64,000 nucleotides of DNA from an uncultured Leptolinea sp. (GTDB lineage: Bacteria > Chloroflexota > Anaerolineae > Anaerolineales > Anaerolineaceae). The notes beneath the pieces were generated by a model, which was not told where the DNA came from, ran no database searches, and saw only the letters and a program-made list of their open reading frames with translations. The stretch lies in the NCBI GenBank assembly GCA_964476915.1, contig CAYZCO010000001.1, positions 4,253-68,252 on the forward strand, written 5' to 3'. A program made the translations under genes and the position numbers. Below are positions 52,987 through 62,377 of the stretch, one piece after another; within the stretch, counting starts at the first letter, position 1, and the number at the start of each line of letters is the position of its first letter.

Positions 52987-53412
52987 ATGACTGAACGGGT
53001 TTCAGAAGCAGTTTGGAAAGGTTCATTGAAAGACGGCAAGGGTTCTGTTAAGCTGGGCAGCGGGGCTTATGAAGGTCCGTATACCTTCGCGTCCCGGTTC
53101 GAGAGCGGAGCGGGCACCAACCCTGAGGAACTGATCGGGGCAGCTCATGCCGGGTGTTACTCGATGGCGATGAGCGCAAGCCTGGATAAAGAAGGGTTTA
53201 AGGCAGAGCACATTCACACAATCGCTAAAGTGAAGCTGGAAGTGATCGACGGCAAGGCTGCCATTACCCACATCCACCTGGATACTGAAGCCAGTATCCC
53301 TGGTATTTCGGCCGAGAAGTTTGCCCAGATCGCAGAGGATGTCAAGCTGAACTGCCCGGTATCGGTTGCGCTCTCTCGCGTGCCGATGTCCTTGACTGCC
53401 AGGCTGCTGTAA
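52987..53412 (+). CDS. osmC: OsmC/Ohr family peroxiredoxin-like protein
   Basis: 141 aa. Two conserved Cys (GCYSM..., ...LNCPVS) in the OsmC arrangement. Confidence 0.8.
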   Translation: MTERVSEAVWKGSLKDGKGSVKLGSGAYEGPYTFASRFESGAGTNPEELIGAAHAGCYSMAMSASLDKEGFKAEHIHTIAKVKLEVIDGKAAITHIHLDTEASIPGISAEKFAQIAEDVKLNCPVSVALSRVPMSLTARLL

Positions 53413-53587
53413 CTGTCCCGCACTAATTCCCACTTATTCTGCCATGCTGGTATACTCGGCATGGCAATTTTTAAGCTTATCCTTTTTCCTCGCACGGCTT
53501 GACGGAAACCCCTTTTAGCATTAATCTTGTGCTGTTCTCATGCAAGATTGAGAAATATTAAATGAATAGGGTGCAGCGGAGGCGGTA

Positions 53588-54787
53588 ATGGAGCAGGTTT
53601 CACTGGGAAAAGGCATCTACTGGGCTGGGGTTCACGATCATCAAACAGACTTGTTTGAAGGCTTATGGCCGGTCCGGGAAGAAGGGGTTTCCTATAATTC
53701 TTATCTTATCAGCAGCCAGAAGACCGCCCTGATCGACCTGGTAAAGCAGCCTTTCGCCGGCAGTTACCTGGATGCACTGAAAGGCAAGCTGGACTTCTCC
53801 CGCCTGGATTATGTGGTACTCAACCACATGGAACCCGACCATACTTCAGCCTTGCGCGACCTTATCCAGGCTGCACCGCAGGTAAAGATCCTGGTGAGCG
53901 AAAAAGCCAGGTCGATGGTTGAGTCGTACTATGGTTTGCAGGATTCGGTGCAGGTGGTCAAAGACGGCGAAGAGATCTCCCTGGGAGAACAAACCGTGCG
54001 CTTTGTTTACACGCCGTTTGTGCACTGGCCGGAAACGATGATGACCTATGTGCCCGAGAGTGAAATCTTGTTCTCGTGCGATGCCTTTGGCGGATTTGGC
54101 GCCCAGGATGGCATTATTTTTGATGACCAACCAGGGGATCTGGGCTGGTACCTTGATGAAGCGCTGCGCTACTTCGCCAATATTGTTTCGGGCGTGAGCA
54201 AGCCGGTCCTGAATGCGATCAACAAACTGGCTGGAGTACCGGTCGAGATTGTTGCGCCCTCCCACGGGCTGGTCTGGCGCAAGGACCCTGCCAGGATCAT
54301 AAACCTTTATGCAAAATGGGCGGGCTTTAGCAGCCAACCGGCAGAGAAGGGGATAACCATCCTGTGCGGTTCGATGTATGGCAGTACAGCGCAATTGGTT
54401 AAGGCTGTAGAAGATGGGATCGCTTCAACCAGCGTGGCTTTCAAGACCTTTGATGCCGCCCGTACCCATGCCAGCTACATTCTGCCCTGGCTGTGGAAGA
54501 ACCGCGGTGTTGTGGTAGCGTCACCTACTTATGAGGGATACCTGGTTCCACCCATCCGCAACCTGCTGGAGATCGCCTCGCACAAGCGGATGTTCAATAA
54601 ATCCGCGGTGTATACCGGCAGCTTCACCTGGGGTGGGGGCGCCCGCAGGGATATCGAGGCTTATGTGGAGCAATTAAAGTGGACCCTGGCTGCCAGCTAT
54701 GATTACCCGGGTTATCCTGGCGAAGCTGACATGGAGATCGGCCGCCGGTTGGGGACAGAACTGGCCAACCAGGTTCTTCAGGATTGA
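53588..54787 (+). CDS. Flavodiiron protein (FprA-type; MBL-like diiron domain + flavodoxin domain)
   Basis: 399 aa. N-terminal MBL-like domain with LNHMEPDHTSA diiron ligand motif; C-terminal flavodoxin-like domain (ITILCGSMYGST...). Confidence 0.8.
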   Translation: MEQVSLGKGIYWAGVHDHQTDLFEGLWPVREEGVSYNSYLISSQKTALIDLVKQPFAGSYLDALKGKLDFSRLDYVVLNHMEPDHTSALRDLIQAAPQVKILVSEKARSMVESYYGLQDSVQVVKDGEEISLGEQTVRFVYTPFVHWPETMMTYVPESEILFSCDAFGGFGAQDGIIFDDQPGDLGWYLDEALRYFANIVSGVSKPVLNAINKLAGVPVEIVAPSHGLVWRKDPARIINLYAKWAGFSSQPAEKGITILCGSMYGSTAQLVKAVEDGIASTSVAFKTFDAARTHASYILPWLWKNRGVVVASPTYEGYLVPPIRNLLEIASHKRMFNKSAVYTGSFTWGGGARRDIEAYVEQLKWTLAASYDYPGYPGEADMEIGRRLGTELANQVLQD

Positions 54788-55740
54788 GGTTGTTCTCTCC
54801 CGGCATCTGCCGGTGAGCTGTCTTTCATTTCAGCTTCAACCAGCTCCGCAGATCCTGGTTTTACCTCAACGGGGATTTCCGCATTCACCGGTTCGGCATC
54901 TATTCCAGCTTTTTCCTCTACCCTGGCAAATTGGATCGGTTTCCCGGTCCACATAGCCCTGGCTTGCAGCATGATTCCCACCTGGGCTGCAGCCATCCAC
55001 AAGAAAAAGGCAATTACCAGTATGGCTAAAATGGTGAGCCAGGTTTTGTAATGTTTTTGGGTATATTCCACTTTCTCAATCAGCTGGTCAACCGTCTTCC
55101 GGTATTCATCAGTTGCTGTTTGGGCATCATCAATAGAATCTGAGATCTTTTCGAGGCTGTCGGCAAGCCCGGATAGGCTGGTGCGGATGCCGCCCAGGTC
55201 TCCAGCTGTCCTGTCCAGGTCCTCCTGGATGTTTCCAAGGGCAGATTCCATCGGATCAAGGCTGGTGGAGATTCCTGTGATGGTGCTTTCCAGCGAGTTT
55301 TCGGGTGCATACCTGGTCCTGAAGAGAGGTACCGCGGTAATAATCGTCAGGGCATCATCAATCAGCCTGGCTGTCTTTGATGCTGCTTCGAGGGATTCCT
55401 GTGTCTCACCGATCACTTTAGACAAACTGCTGCCGACCAATCCGGCAATCGAGGTGGTTAATTCAGAAGTACCTTTAAGGCTTTCGGATGTACTGCGGGT
55501 GGATTCAACAAGAAGGCTGAAGCTGGAATCCACTTCTCCCAGGGTATCATCCACCACTTCCAGGATGTCTGAGGTTGTGGTCAGGGCGCTGTGGGTCAGG
55601 TCGAGGGTATCACCAATAGCCACCACAGCCTTAGCCCTGACCGGGAAAACCAGGACGATCATCGCCAGGCTGAGCAGCAAACCGATAACGGCTCCAAAAA
55701 AAAGAAACACGGCTGTAATCCGGGCAAAAAGTTTACTCAT
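54778..55740 (-). CDS. Membrane protein with two TM helices flanking a long Ser/Thr-rich coiled-coil/helical ectodomain
   Basis: Start set at MSKLFARITAVFLFF (AAAGGGG RBS). The listed ORF extends 8 codons upstream. Unknown function. Confidence 0.45.
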   Translation of the reverse strand: MSKLFARITAVFLFFGAVIGLLLSLAMIVLVFPVRAKAVVAIGDTLDLTHSALTTTSDILEVVDDTLGEVDSSFSLLVESTRSTSESLKGTSELTTSIAGLVGSSLSKVIGETQESLEAASKTARLIDDALTIITAVPLFRTRYAPENSLESTITGISTSLDPMESALGNIQEDLDRTAGDLGGIRTSLSGLADSLEKISDSIDDAQTATDEYRKTVDQLIEKVEYTQKHYKTWLTILAILVIAFFLWMAAAQVGIMLQARAMWTGKPIQFARVEEKAGIDAEPVNAEIPVEVKPGSAELVEAEMKDSSPADAGREQPQS

Positions 55741-55846
55741 GGTTACCCCTTTCGGTTGAGGCATTCATCCTTTATTATTATATGACAGGCGGGTTCAATT
55801 CAGGATAGGGTAAAATACCTCTAATTGTCACATCCAGGAGCTTTTA

Positions 55847-57826
55847 ATGAAAAAGATCATCATCAGTGCCTTGCTCATCAGCGCAGTCATAATGAGTTGC
55901 AGCCTTACCGGTAGTAAGGCAACCCCAACCAGTGAGCCGGTAATTCCGCAGAACACAGGCCCTGCCCGGATCTCGGGCGAGTTTTCCTATACCAACGATA
56001 TCATTGAAGTTTATTATGTGGAGCAGGCAGTAGCCCTTCTGGATATGACCGGATTCATCTTGCGGGATGAGGAGTGGGAACTGCCGGTTGATTCCCAGGT
56101 GCTGGGTTATTTAGACCTGGATACAGAAAACAACACCGGCACTTACTCCCTCTCCCTTCCGGTTTACCCGGCTGGAGAGTTGAATGATGTCGACCAGGAT
56201 GCAGTAGCAGAAAAAGGTGTCCAGGTGTTTGTGGTTGGCTACAACCCGAACCTGACAGGAGGACCATTTTCTGAAGGCGATGACCGATCACGCGGTTGGC
56301 CATCTTACCTGACATCCGTGGTGACCGATTCGGAAAATGATGATGAGGTTATCGGTGGCATGCTGGTGGTGTGGTCGCCGGATGAAACACAATCCTTCCC
56401 CTCCGGTTTCGGGAATGACGGGTTGTTGTTCACTGATGATGATCCGGTAATGGACCTGACTGCCGGGTATACCATCGTCAACCTGGATGAATCGCCTTTT
56501 GAGGTGATCCGGGATTCCGAAATTTCGATGACCCTGCATGAGCCGGATGATATTGCCGTCAAAGATTTCTCATCGCTGTCTTACACAAAGGCTTTTGACC
56601 AGATGTTTGAGATCGTGCGCAAGGAATATGCGTTCAATGGCGTGGAAGGCAAGCAACCGGATTGGGATGCATTGTATGCAAAAGTTGCTCCGCTGGTAAA
56701 GGATGCAGAAAAACAGCGGGATGACGTTGCCTTTTACATGGCACTGCAGGAATTTGTGAATGCTTTTAAGGACGGCCATGTAGGTTTAAGCGGTGATATC
56801 GGGCAGATGCTTTTCTACCAGCAGGCAATTGGAAGCATCGGGGCGGCTGTACGCGAACTCGATGACGGCCGTGTCCTGGTGGTTTATGTTTTGGAAGGCA
56901 GTCCGGCAGACCAGGCAGGGATCCAGGTGGGGGATGAGATCACTGAAGTGGATGGGAAACCGGTGACCAGGGCACTTGATGAGGTGAAACCATTATTCGG
57001 CCCTTACTCCACGGACTTCGGTTACCGCTATGACCAAGCTATCTTCCTGCTGCGCGGACCAAGCGGAACCAGCGTTACCGTAACATACAAAAGTGGCGGC
57101 AGTGCCGGTAAAACTGCCACTTTGACCCGGATCGAAGAATATGATTCCTTGTTCGCTACTTACATCTACAGCGGGCTGGAAACACCGGTACTTCCAGTCG
57201 AGTCAGAAGTGATCAACGGGACGGTTGGGTACATCAAGATCAATTCCAATTATGATGACCTGAGCCTGATCATCCGGCTGTTCGAGCGCGCCTTGCAGAA
57301 ATTCGAAGAGTACGAAGTGGCCGGCATTATCATCGACCTGCGCCAGAATTCGGGCGGAGCCCCGCTAGGCCTGGCGGGTTTCCTGTATGATGAGGAGATC
57401 CCGATGGGGCAGCTTGAGTATTACAGCGATTCCACCGGTCAGTTCGAACCGGACGGACCGCGGGAGAAGGTCATTCCAAATGAAGAGCAGTATTCCTTCA
57501 ACAAGATGGTGCTGCTGGTGGGCAATGCCTGTTTCAGCGCCTGCGAAATCGAGGCTTATGGTTTCAGCCAGGTACCCGGGATGACCGTGATGGGGCAGTT
57601 CCCTACCGGCGGTGTGGAAGCTGAAGTTGCCCGCGGACAGTTTGAGCTTCCAGGCGGTATTTCACTTCAGATCCCGACCGGCAGGTTCACCCTGGAGGAT
57701 GGCAGCATTTTCCTCGAAGGTGTTGGTGTGGTACCGGATATTCTTCTGCCTGTGGATGAAGCAAGTGTGTTGTCAGAAGAGGACACTGTGCTGCAGGATG
57801 CCATTGCAGTGATTGTTGGAGAGTAG
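55847..57826 (+). CDS. S41 family C-terminal processing peptidase (lipoprotein) with PDZ domain
   Basis: Lipobox (VIMSCS). PDZ (GIQVGDEITEVDGKPV). S41 catalytic region (GIIIDLRQNSGG; LVGNACFSACE). Confidence 0.75.
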   Translation: MKKIIISALLISAVIMSCSLTGSKATPTSEPVIPQNTGPARISGEFSYTNDIIEVYYVEQAVALLDMTGFILRDEEWELPVDSQVLGYLDLDTENNTGTYSLSLPVYPAGELNDVDQDAVAEKGVQVFVVGYNPNLTGGPFSEGDDRSRGWPSYLTSVVTDSENDDEVIGGMLVVWSPDETQSFPSGFGNDGLLFTDDDPVMDLTAGYTIVNLDESPFEVIRDSEISMTLHEPDDIAVKDFSSLSYTKAFDQMFEIVRKEYAFNGVEGKQPDWDALYAKVAPLVKDAEKQRDDVAFYMALQEFVNAFKDGHVGLSGDIGQMLFYQQAIGSIGAAVRELDDGRVLVVYVLEGSPADQAGIQVGDEITEVDGKPVTRALDEVKPLFGPYSTDFGYRYDQAIFLLRGPSGTSVTVTYKSGGSAGKTATLTRIEEYDSLFATYIYSGLETPVLPVESEVINGTVGYIKINSNYDDLSLIIRLFERALQKFEEYEVAGIIIDLRQNSGGAPLGLAGFLYDEEIPMGQLEYYSDSTGQFEPDGPREKVIPNEEQYSFNKMVLLVGNACFSACEIEAYGFSQVPGMTVMGQFPTGGVEAEVARGQFELPGGISLQIPTGRFTLEDGSIFLEGVGVVPDILLPVDEASVLSEEDTVLQDAIAVIVGE

Positions 57827-58039
57827 GACACGGACATCTGGAATTTCTTAACTTTGTGAAATTTAAGATCCGGGTATACGGGTACTATCCTGTAGTTAAG
57901 GCGTAAGGAATTTCAGCTTACTGGTGTTGCAAGGAATTGGAGTATAAGTACCGGCCTGATTTATTGGTCGGTACCTATCAAATTTATGGATTGACCCCGA
58001 CTTGTAATCACTCTGGGGGCGTGATACACTTTTTAAACG

Positions 58040-59554
58040 ATGCAAGTCTACCTGGCTGCCACTCCCGACCTCTCATTTGGCGATCTGCTGCGCCTGTCAC
58101 TGGAGCAGGAGAACACGGTCAGTGTGCGCCTGGCTAACACTATGACACAGATGATGGATGCAGTCGCCAACGATCCGTTGCAGCTGGTTATCCTGGATGC
58201 AGTTCTGTGCGGCACAGCTCCAGACGCGGTAATACGCGAGGTTCTGTCCCGCAGGCCAGGTGTGAAATTCATCGTAGTATTACCGGAGAATGCCCCGGAA
58301 TGGCAGCCTGATTTCTCCACCCCGGCCGAGGTTTTACACCAGCCCTGTTTCATCTCGGATGTGGTTGAAAAGGTCGAGCAATTAATGGGCATTCAGCAGG
58401 CTCCGCAGCCTGAAACGCCAGCAGGGGACGAGGCTGATTTTTCTCAGCATAATAACCGTGCACTGGCAGGGTTTATCCTGTCATCATTCTTGCGGGAATC
58501 CGCTGCCCATGCAGCCATGATCATTGTCAACGGAGAGTTACAGCTTTCACGGGGATACTTGGAACCGGCGGAAGTGCGGGAGATCGCCCGGATATTCAAA
58601 CAAGGCTGGCCTGTACAGGCTGGTTATGAGATAGTCCGCTATATCCAGCTGGAATCCAGCCGGTTGGATTACCTGGTTTATGGCAAAGAGTATCTCCAGG
58701 ATATATTCCTGGTCCTTGTGGGAGATGCACGGGACCCAATCAGCGAGATGCGCAGCCAGGCCGAAATTCTGTCCCAGATGTTGAAGGAAACGGTTGAGCG
58801 TTTCAGCGAGAACCTGCCTGATCTTCCATCCAGCTGGGAGGTGGAATTCCCGGGCTCAAATTCTGCGCTCGATGTTGAAGTTAGCGGGGATGAACTCAGC
58901 CGGGAGGAAGCCTTACAGCGTGAGAAACTGCTTGGAATTCTTACCGATATGCCTTCTCCTGAACCGAATGATATCCGCGAGCTTGATGCGGATGATCAGG
59001 ATGGCGAACCGGATATACTGACAACCATCCTGGCGGGTATATCTAGTGAACAGGAAAGTGGGGCAACCCCTAAAAGCGTGGACCCGGGATTTGGGAATTT
59101 AAACAACCAGGCAACGGGGGAGAAGGCTTCAACTAAACCCTCCGATCCTGAGGAAGGGCGTCTGGTTTACAGCCTGGTGCTGTTGCCGCGCAATCCAGCC
59201 CATACTCTCGATGAAACCTTGCAGAAAAAACTGGCTGATTGGCTGCCGAACCTCTGCCGGGAAAATGGTTGGGAGCTGTTGGGCTTGCAGGTTCTGCCGG
59301 ATCATCTGCTGGTTACTGCCAGGCTGGCACCGGGCATGCTGCCCGCAGATATGGTGGATATCCTGCGCCGGAACACATCCGCAAGGATTTTTGAATACAA
59401 AAAGGCTTACCTGGAAGACAATCCCTCCGGTGACTTTTGGGCGCCGGGTTACCTGGCCTTGAACGGGAAACAGGCTCCAAATCCGGGGTTGCTTGCCCGT
59501 TTTACCAACCAGACGAGACTGAAGCAAGGCGCAAAAAGCTTGCCCGCTGACTGA
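58040..59554 (+). CDS. Multidomain protein: REC-like + roadblock/LC7-like + acidic linker + C-terminal IS200-like (Y1/HuH) TnpA-like domain with degenerate HuH
   Basis: C-terminus YSLVLLPRNPAH...WELLGLQVLPDHLLVTARLAPGM...ILRRNTSARI...DFWAPGYLALNG parallels IS200/IS608 TnpA (YHIVWCPKYRR...DHIHIL...SRIL...LWTNSxF.STVG), but the HxH is DHL (single His). Domain calls for the N-terminal half are tentative. Confidence 0.5.
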   Translation: MQVYLAATPDLSFGDLLRLSLEQENTVSVRLANTMTQMMDAVANDPLQLVILDAVLCGTAPDAVIREVLSRRPGVKFIVVLPENAPEWQPDFSTPAEVLHQPCFISDVVEKVEQLMGIQQAPQPETPAGDEADFSQHNNRALAGFILSSFLRESAAHAAMIIVNGELQLSRGYLEPAEVREIARIFKQGWPVQAGYEIVRYIQLESSRLDYLVYGKEYLQDIFLVLVGDARDPISEMRSQAEILSQMLKETVERFSENLPDLPSSWEVEFPGSNSALDVEVSGDELSREEALQREKLLGILTDMPSPEPNDIRELDADDQDGEPDILTTILAGISSEQESGATPKSVDPGFGNLNNQATGEKASTKPSDPEEGRLVYSLVLLPRNPAHTLDETLQKKLADWLPNLCRENGWELLGLQVLPDHLLVTARLAPGMLPADMVDILRRNTSARIFEYKKAYLEDNPSGDFWAPGYLALNGKQAPNPGLLARFTNQTRLKQGAKSLPAD

Positions 59555-59569
59555 AAGAAGAATATTCTT

Positions 59570-62356
59570 ATGCCACCTGTAATCTACTTGATTGATGGAC
59601 ATGCCCTGGCCTACCGCACATATTTTGCGTTAACTTCCGGCGGGACCGGCCGGTTTCAAACACAATCCGGGGAACCCACAGCCGGAATCTTTGGGTTTGT
59701 TAGCGTAATCCTCAAGATTCTGGACACCGACAAGCCGGATTACCTGGCAGTAGCATTTGATACCGGAAAGACATTCCGCAATGACCTCTTTCCAGAATAC
59801 AAGGCAACCCGGGCGAAGATGCCGGATGACCTTAAGCCTCAGATCGAGCGTATCCGCCAATTGATTGACGCATTTCCTTTCCCCCGCCTTGAGGTGGAAG
59901 GGTATGAAGCGGATGATGTCCTGGGCAGTGTTGCCCAACATGCGGTGGAAAAAGGATTGGGGGTTAAGATCATTACCGGCGACCGCGACCTGCTGCAACT
60001 GGTGACCGATAGTATCGTTGTCAACCTGGCCGGCGCAAAACTTTCTGAAGCAAAGGATTATTTCCCGAAGGATGTGAAAGAGTACCTGGGGGTCTTGCCC
60101 GAACAGGTGGTGGATTACAAAGCCCTGGTAGGGGACCAATCGGACAACATCCCTGGAGTGCAAGGGGTTGGCGAAAAAACGGCAGTTTCCCTGTTGAGCC
60201 AGTACCCGACCCTTGAAGGCATCTACAACCACCTGGATGAGCTGCCCACCAGGGTGAAAACCCGCCTGGAAGCCGGCAGGGCTTCAGCGGAAATGAGCCG
60301 GACGCTGGCTGCTATCCGCACTGACCTGCCTGTGACTCTCGATCTGGAAAAAGCCCGGATCGACCAGTTTGACAAGGAAGCCGTTTTGAAAATATTTCGG
60401 GAGCTGGAATTCCGAACCCTGACCACCCGTTTCCTCACGATTTGCAACCAGGCTGTGACCGCTGAACCAGCCAGCCAGTTAAGCCTTTTCGGCGAACCGG
60501 TGACCTCGATCGGGCAGCCGGCCGCAGCAGATATTTCTACGGTTGTGGTTGATAATCCGGCTGCTCTTGAAAAGCTGGTTGAAAAACTGGAGCAGGCGGA
60601 GATGATCGCCCTGGATACCGAAACCACATCGACCGACCCCATGCGGGCAGAACTGGTTGGGATCTCGCTGGCTGTCGATCCGAGCGAAGGGTATTACATC
60701 CCGGTGGGTCATACGGGGGGTGAAGCACAATTACCCATAGTTACAGTAGCCGAAGCACTGAAACCTGTTCTGGAGAGCAATACCCGCAAGATCGCCGGGC
60801 ATAACCTCAAGTATGACTGGCTGGTGCTGGCGCAGCATGGCATTATTATTCCACAGGTCCACTTTGATACCATGATCGCAGAATGGCTTACCAACCCTGC
60901 CAGCCATAACCTCGGGCTGAAAGATATGGCAGAAGTGTACCTGCACAAACAGATGACTCATATCGAAGAATTGATCGGCAAAGGGAAAAACCAGGTCAGC
61001 ATGGCTGAAGTGCCTGTAGAAAAGGCAGCGCCCTACGCGGCAGCAGACGCTGCCATCACCTTTGCCCTTGTGCCTGCCCTGACAGAGAAACTGCAGCGGC
61101 AAAATGCCTCCGAATTATTCCATACCCTCGAAATGCCCCTGGTGACAGTGCTTGGCAGGATGGAACAGAATGGGATCGCCCTGGATATTCCATTCTTTGG
61201 AAAAATGGCAGATGAATTGAACACCCGGCTGGCTGAGATCGAAGACGAGATCACCCGGGCTATTGGCTACAAGCTGAATATTAATTCCACCCAGCAGCTT
61301 TCGAAAGCATTGTTTGAGACCCTCAAGCTGGAACCGCCCGACAGGCGGCAAAAGACAGCCAGCGGGATGTATTCCACCGCTGCTGAAGTCCTGGAACTGA
61401 TACGCAGCCAGCATCCTGTTGTCGGGTTGATCCTCGAATACCGCGAGCTGGCAAAACTTAAATCCACCTATGTCGATACCCTGCCACTGCAGGTGAATCC
61501 GAAAACAGGCAGGGTGCATACATCCTTTAATCAGACCGGCTCGGTAACCGGCCGCCTGGCATCTTCAGAACCGAATTTGCAGAACATCCCGGTGCGGACA
61601 GACCTCGGCCGCAAGGTACGGAATGGTTTTATCGCCGGGGAGGGGCAGGTTTTCCTCTCCGTGGACTACTCGCAGATCGAATTACGGATCGTAGCTCATA
61701 TGGCACAGGATGAAGCCATGCTGAATGCTTTCCGAAATGGGCAGGATATCCATGCCGCTACTGCTTCTGCCATTAATAATATCCCGCTGGAATCGGTTAC
61801 CAGGAGCCAGCGAAACAGGGCAAAAGCCATCAACTTTGGATTGATCTACGGGATGAGCTCTTTTGGCTTAAGCCGCTCAGCAGAGATCACCCTGGCAGAA
61901 GCTGAGGACTTCGTTAGGGCTTACTTCAACCAGTTCCCGGGGGTAAAACGCTACCTGGATTCGGTAAAGATGCAGGCTGCCCGCCAGGGGTATGTGGAAA
62001 CCTTGCTGGGACGCAGGCGTTATTTCCCAAACCTGCAAAACCAGTCAAATGTTAACATCCGCAACCGTGAAGAGAGGGAAGCGATCAATGCCCCGGTGCA
62101 GGGAACTGCTGCTGACATTATGAAGCTGGCTATGCTAAAATTACCTGGTGCGCTGCTGGAATCTGGACTGCATGCCAGGATTGTGCTGCAGGTGCATGAT
62201 GAGCTGCTGCTGGAATGCCCGGTTGAAGAGCTTAGAAAAACGGCACAGGTCGTGCAACAGGTAATGGAACATGCTTACACCCTTTCTATCCCGCTGGAAA
62301 CGGATGCGCGTTCCGGGAAAAATTGGGGAGAACTTGAAGCTTTGACCAATGCTTAA
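59570..62356 (+). CDS. polA: DNA polymerase I
   Basis: 928 aa. 5'-3' exonuclease domain (MPPVIYLIDGHALAYRTYFAL); 3'-5' exo domain; polymerase motifs A (DYSQIELR), B (RRxAKxxNFGxxYG), C (QVHDELL). Confidence 0.92.
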   Translation: MPPVIYLIDGHALAYRTYFALTSGGTGRFQTQSGEPTAGIFGFVSVILKILDTDKPDYLAVAFDTGKTFRNDLFPEYKATRAKMPDDLKPQIERIRQLIDAFPFPRLEVEGYEADDVLGSVAQHAVEKGLGVKIITGDRDLLQLVTDSIVVNLAGAKLSEAKDYFPKDVKEYLGVLPEQVVDYKALVGDQSDNIPGVQGVGEKTAVSLLSQYPTLEGIYNHLDELPTRVKTRLEAGRASAEMSRTLAAIRTDLPVTLDLEKARIDQFDKEAVLKIFRELEFRTLTTRFLTICNQAVTAEPASQLSLFGEPVTSIGQPAAADISTVVVDNPAALEKLVEKLEQAEMIALDTETTSTDPMRAELVGISLAVDPSEGYYIPVGHTGGEAQLPIVTVAEALKPVLESNTRKIAGHNLKYDWLVLAQHGIIIPQVHFDTMIAEWLTNPASHNLGLKDMAEVYLHKQMTHIEELIGKGKNQVSMAEVPVEKAAPYAAADAAITFALVPALTEKLQRQNASELFHTLEMPLVTVLGRMEQNGIALDIPFFGKMADELNTRLAEIEDEITRAIGYKLNINSTQQLSKALFETLKLEPPDRRQKTASGMYSTAAEVLELIRSQHPVVGLILEYRELAKLKSTYVDTLPLQVNPKTGRVHTSFNQTGSVTGRLASSEPNLQNIPVRTDLGRKVRNGFIAGEGQVFLSVDYSQIELRIVAHMAQDEAMLNAFRNGQDIHAATASAINNIPLESVTRSQRNRAKAINFGLIYGMSSFGLSRSAEITLAEAEDFVRAYFNQFPGVKRYLDSVKMQAARQGYVETLLGRRRYFPNLQNQSNVNIRNREEREAINAPVQGTAADIMKLAMLKLPGALLESGLHARIVLQVHDELLLECPVEELRKTAQVVQQVMEHAYTLSIPLETDARSGKNWGELEALTNA

Positions 62357-62377
62357 CAAAATGAAAATAACTACCAA

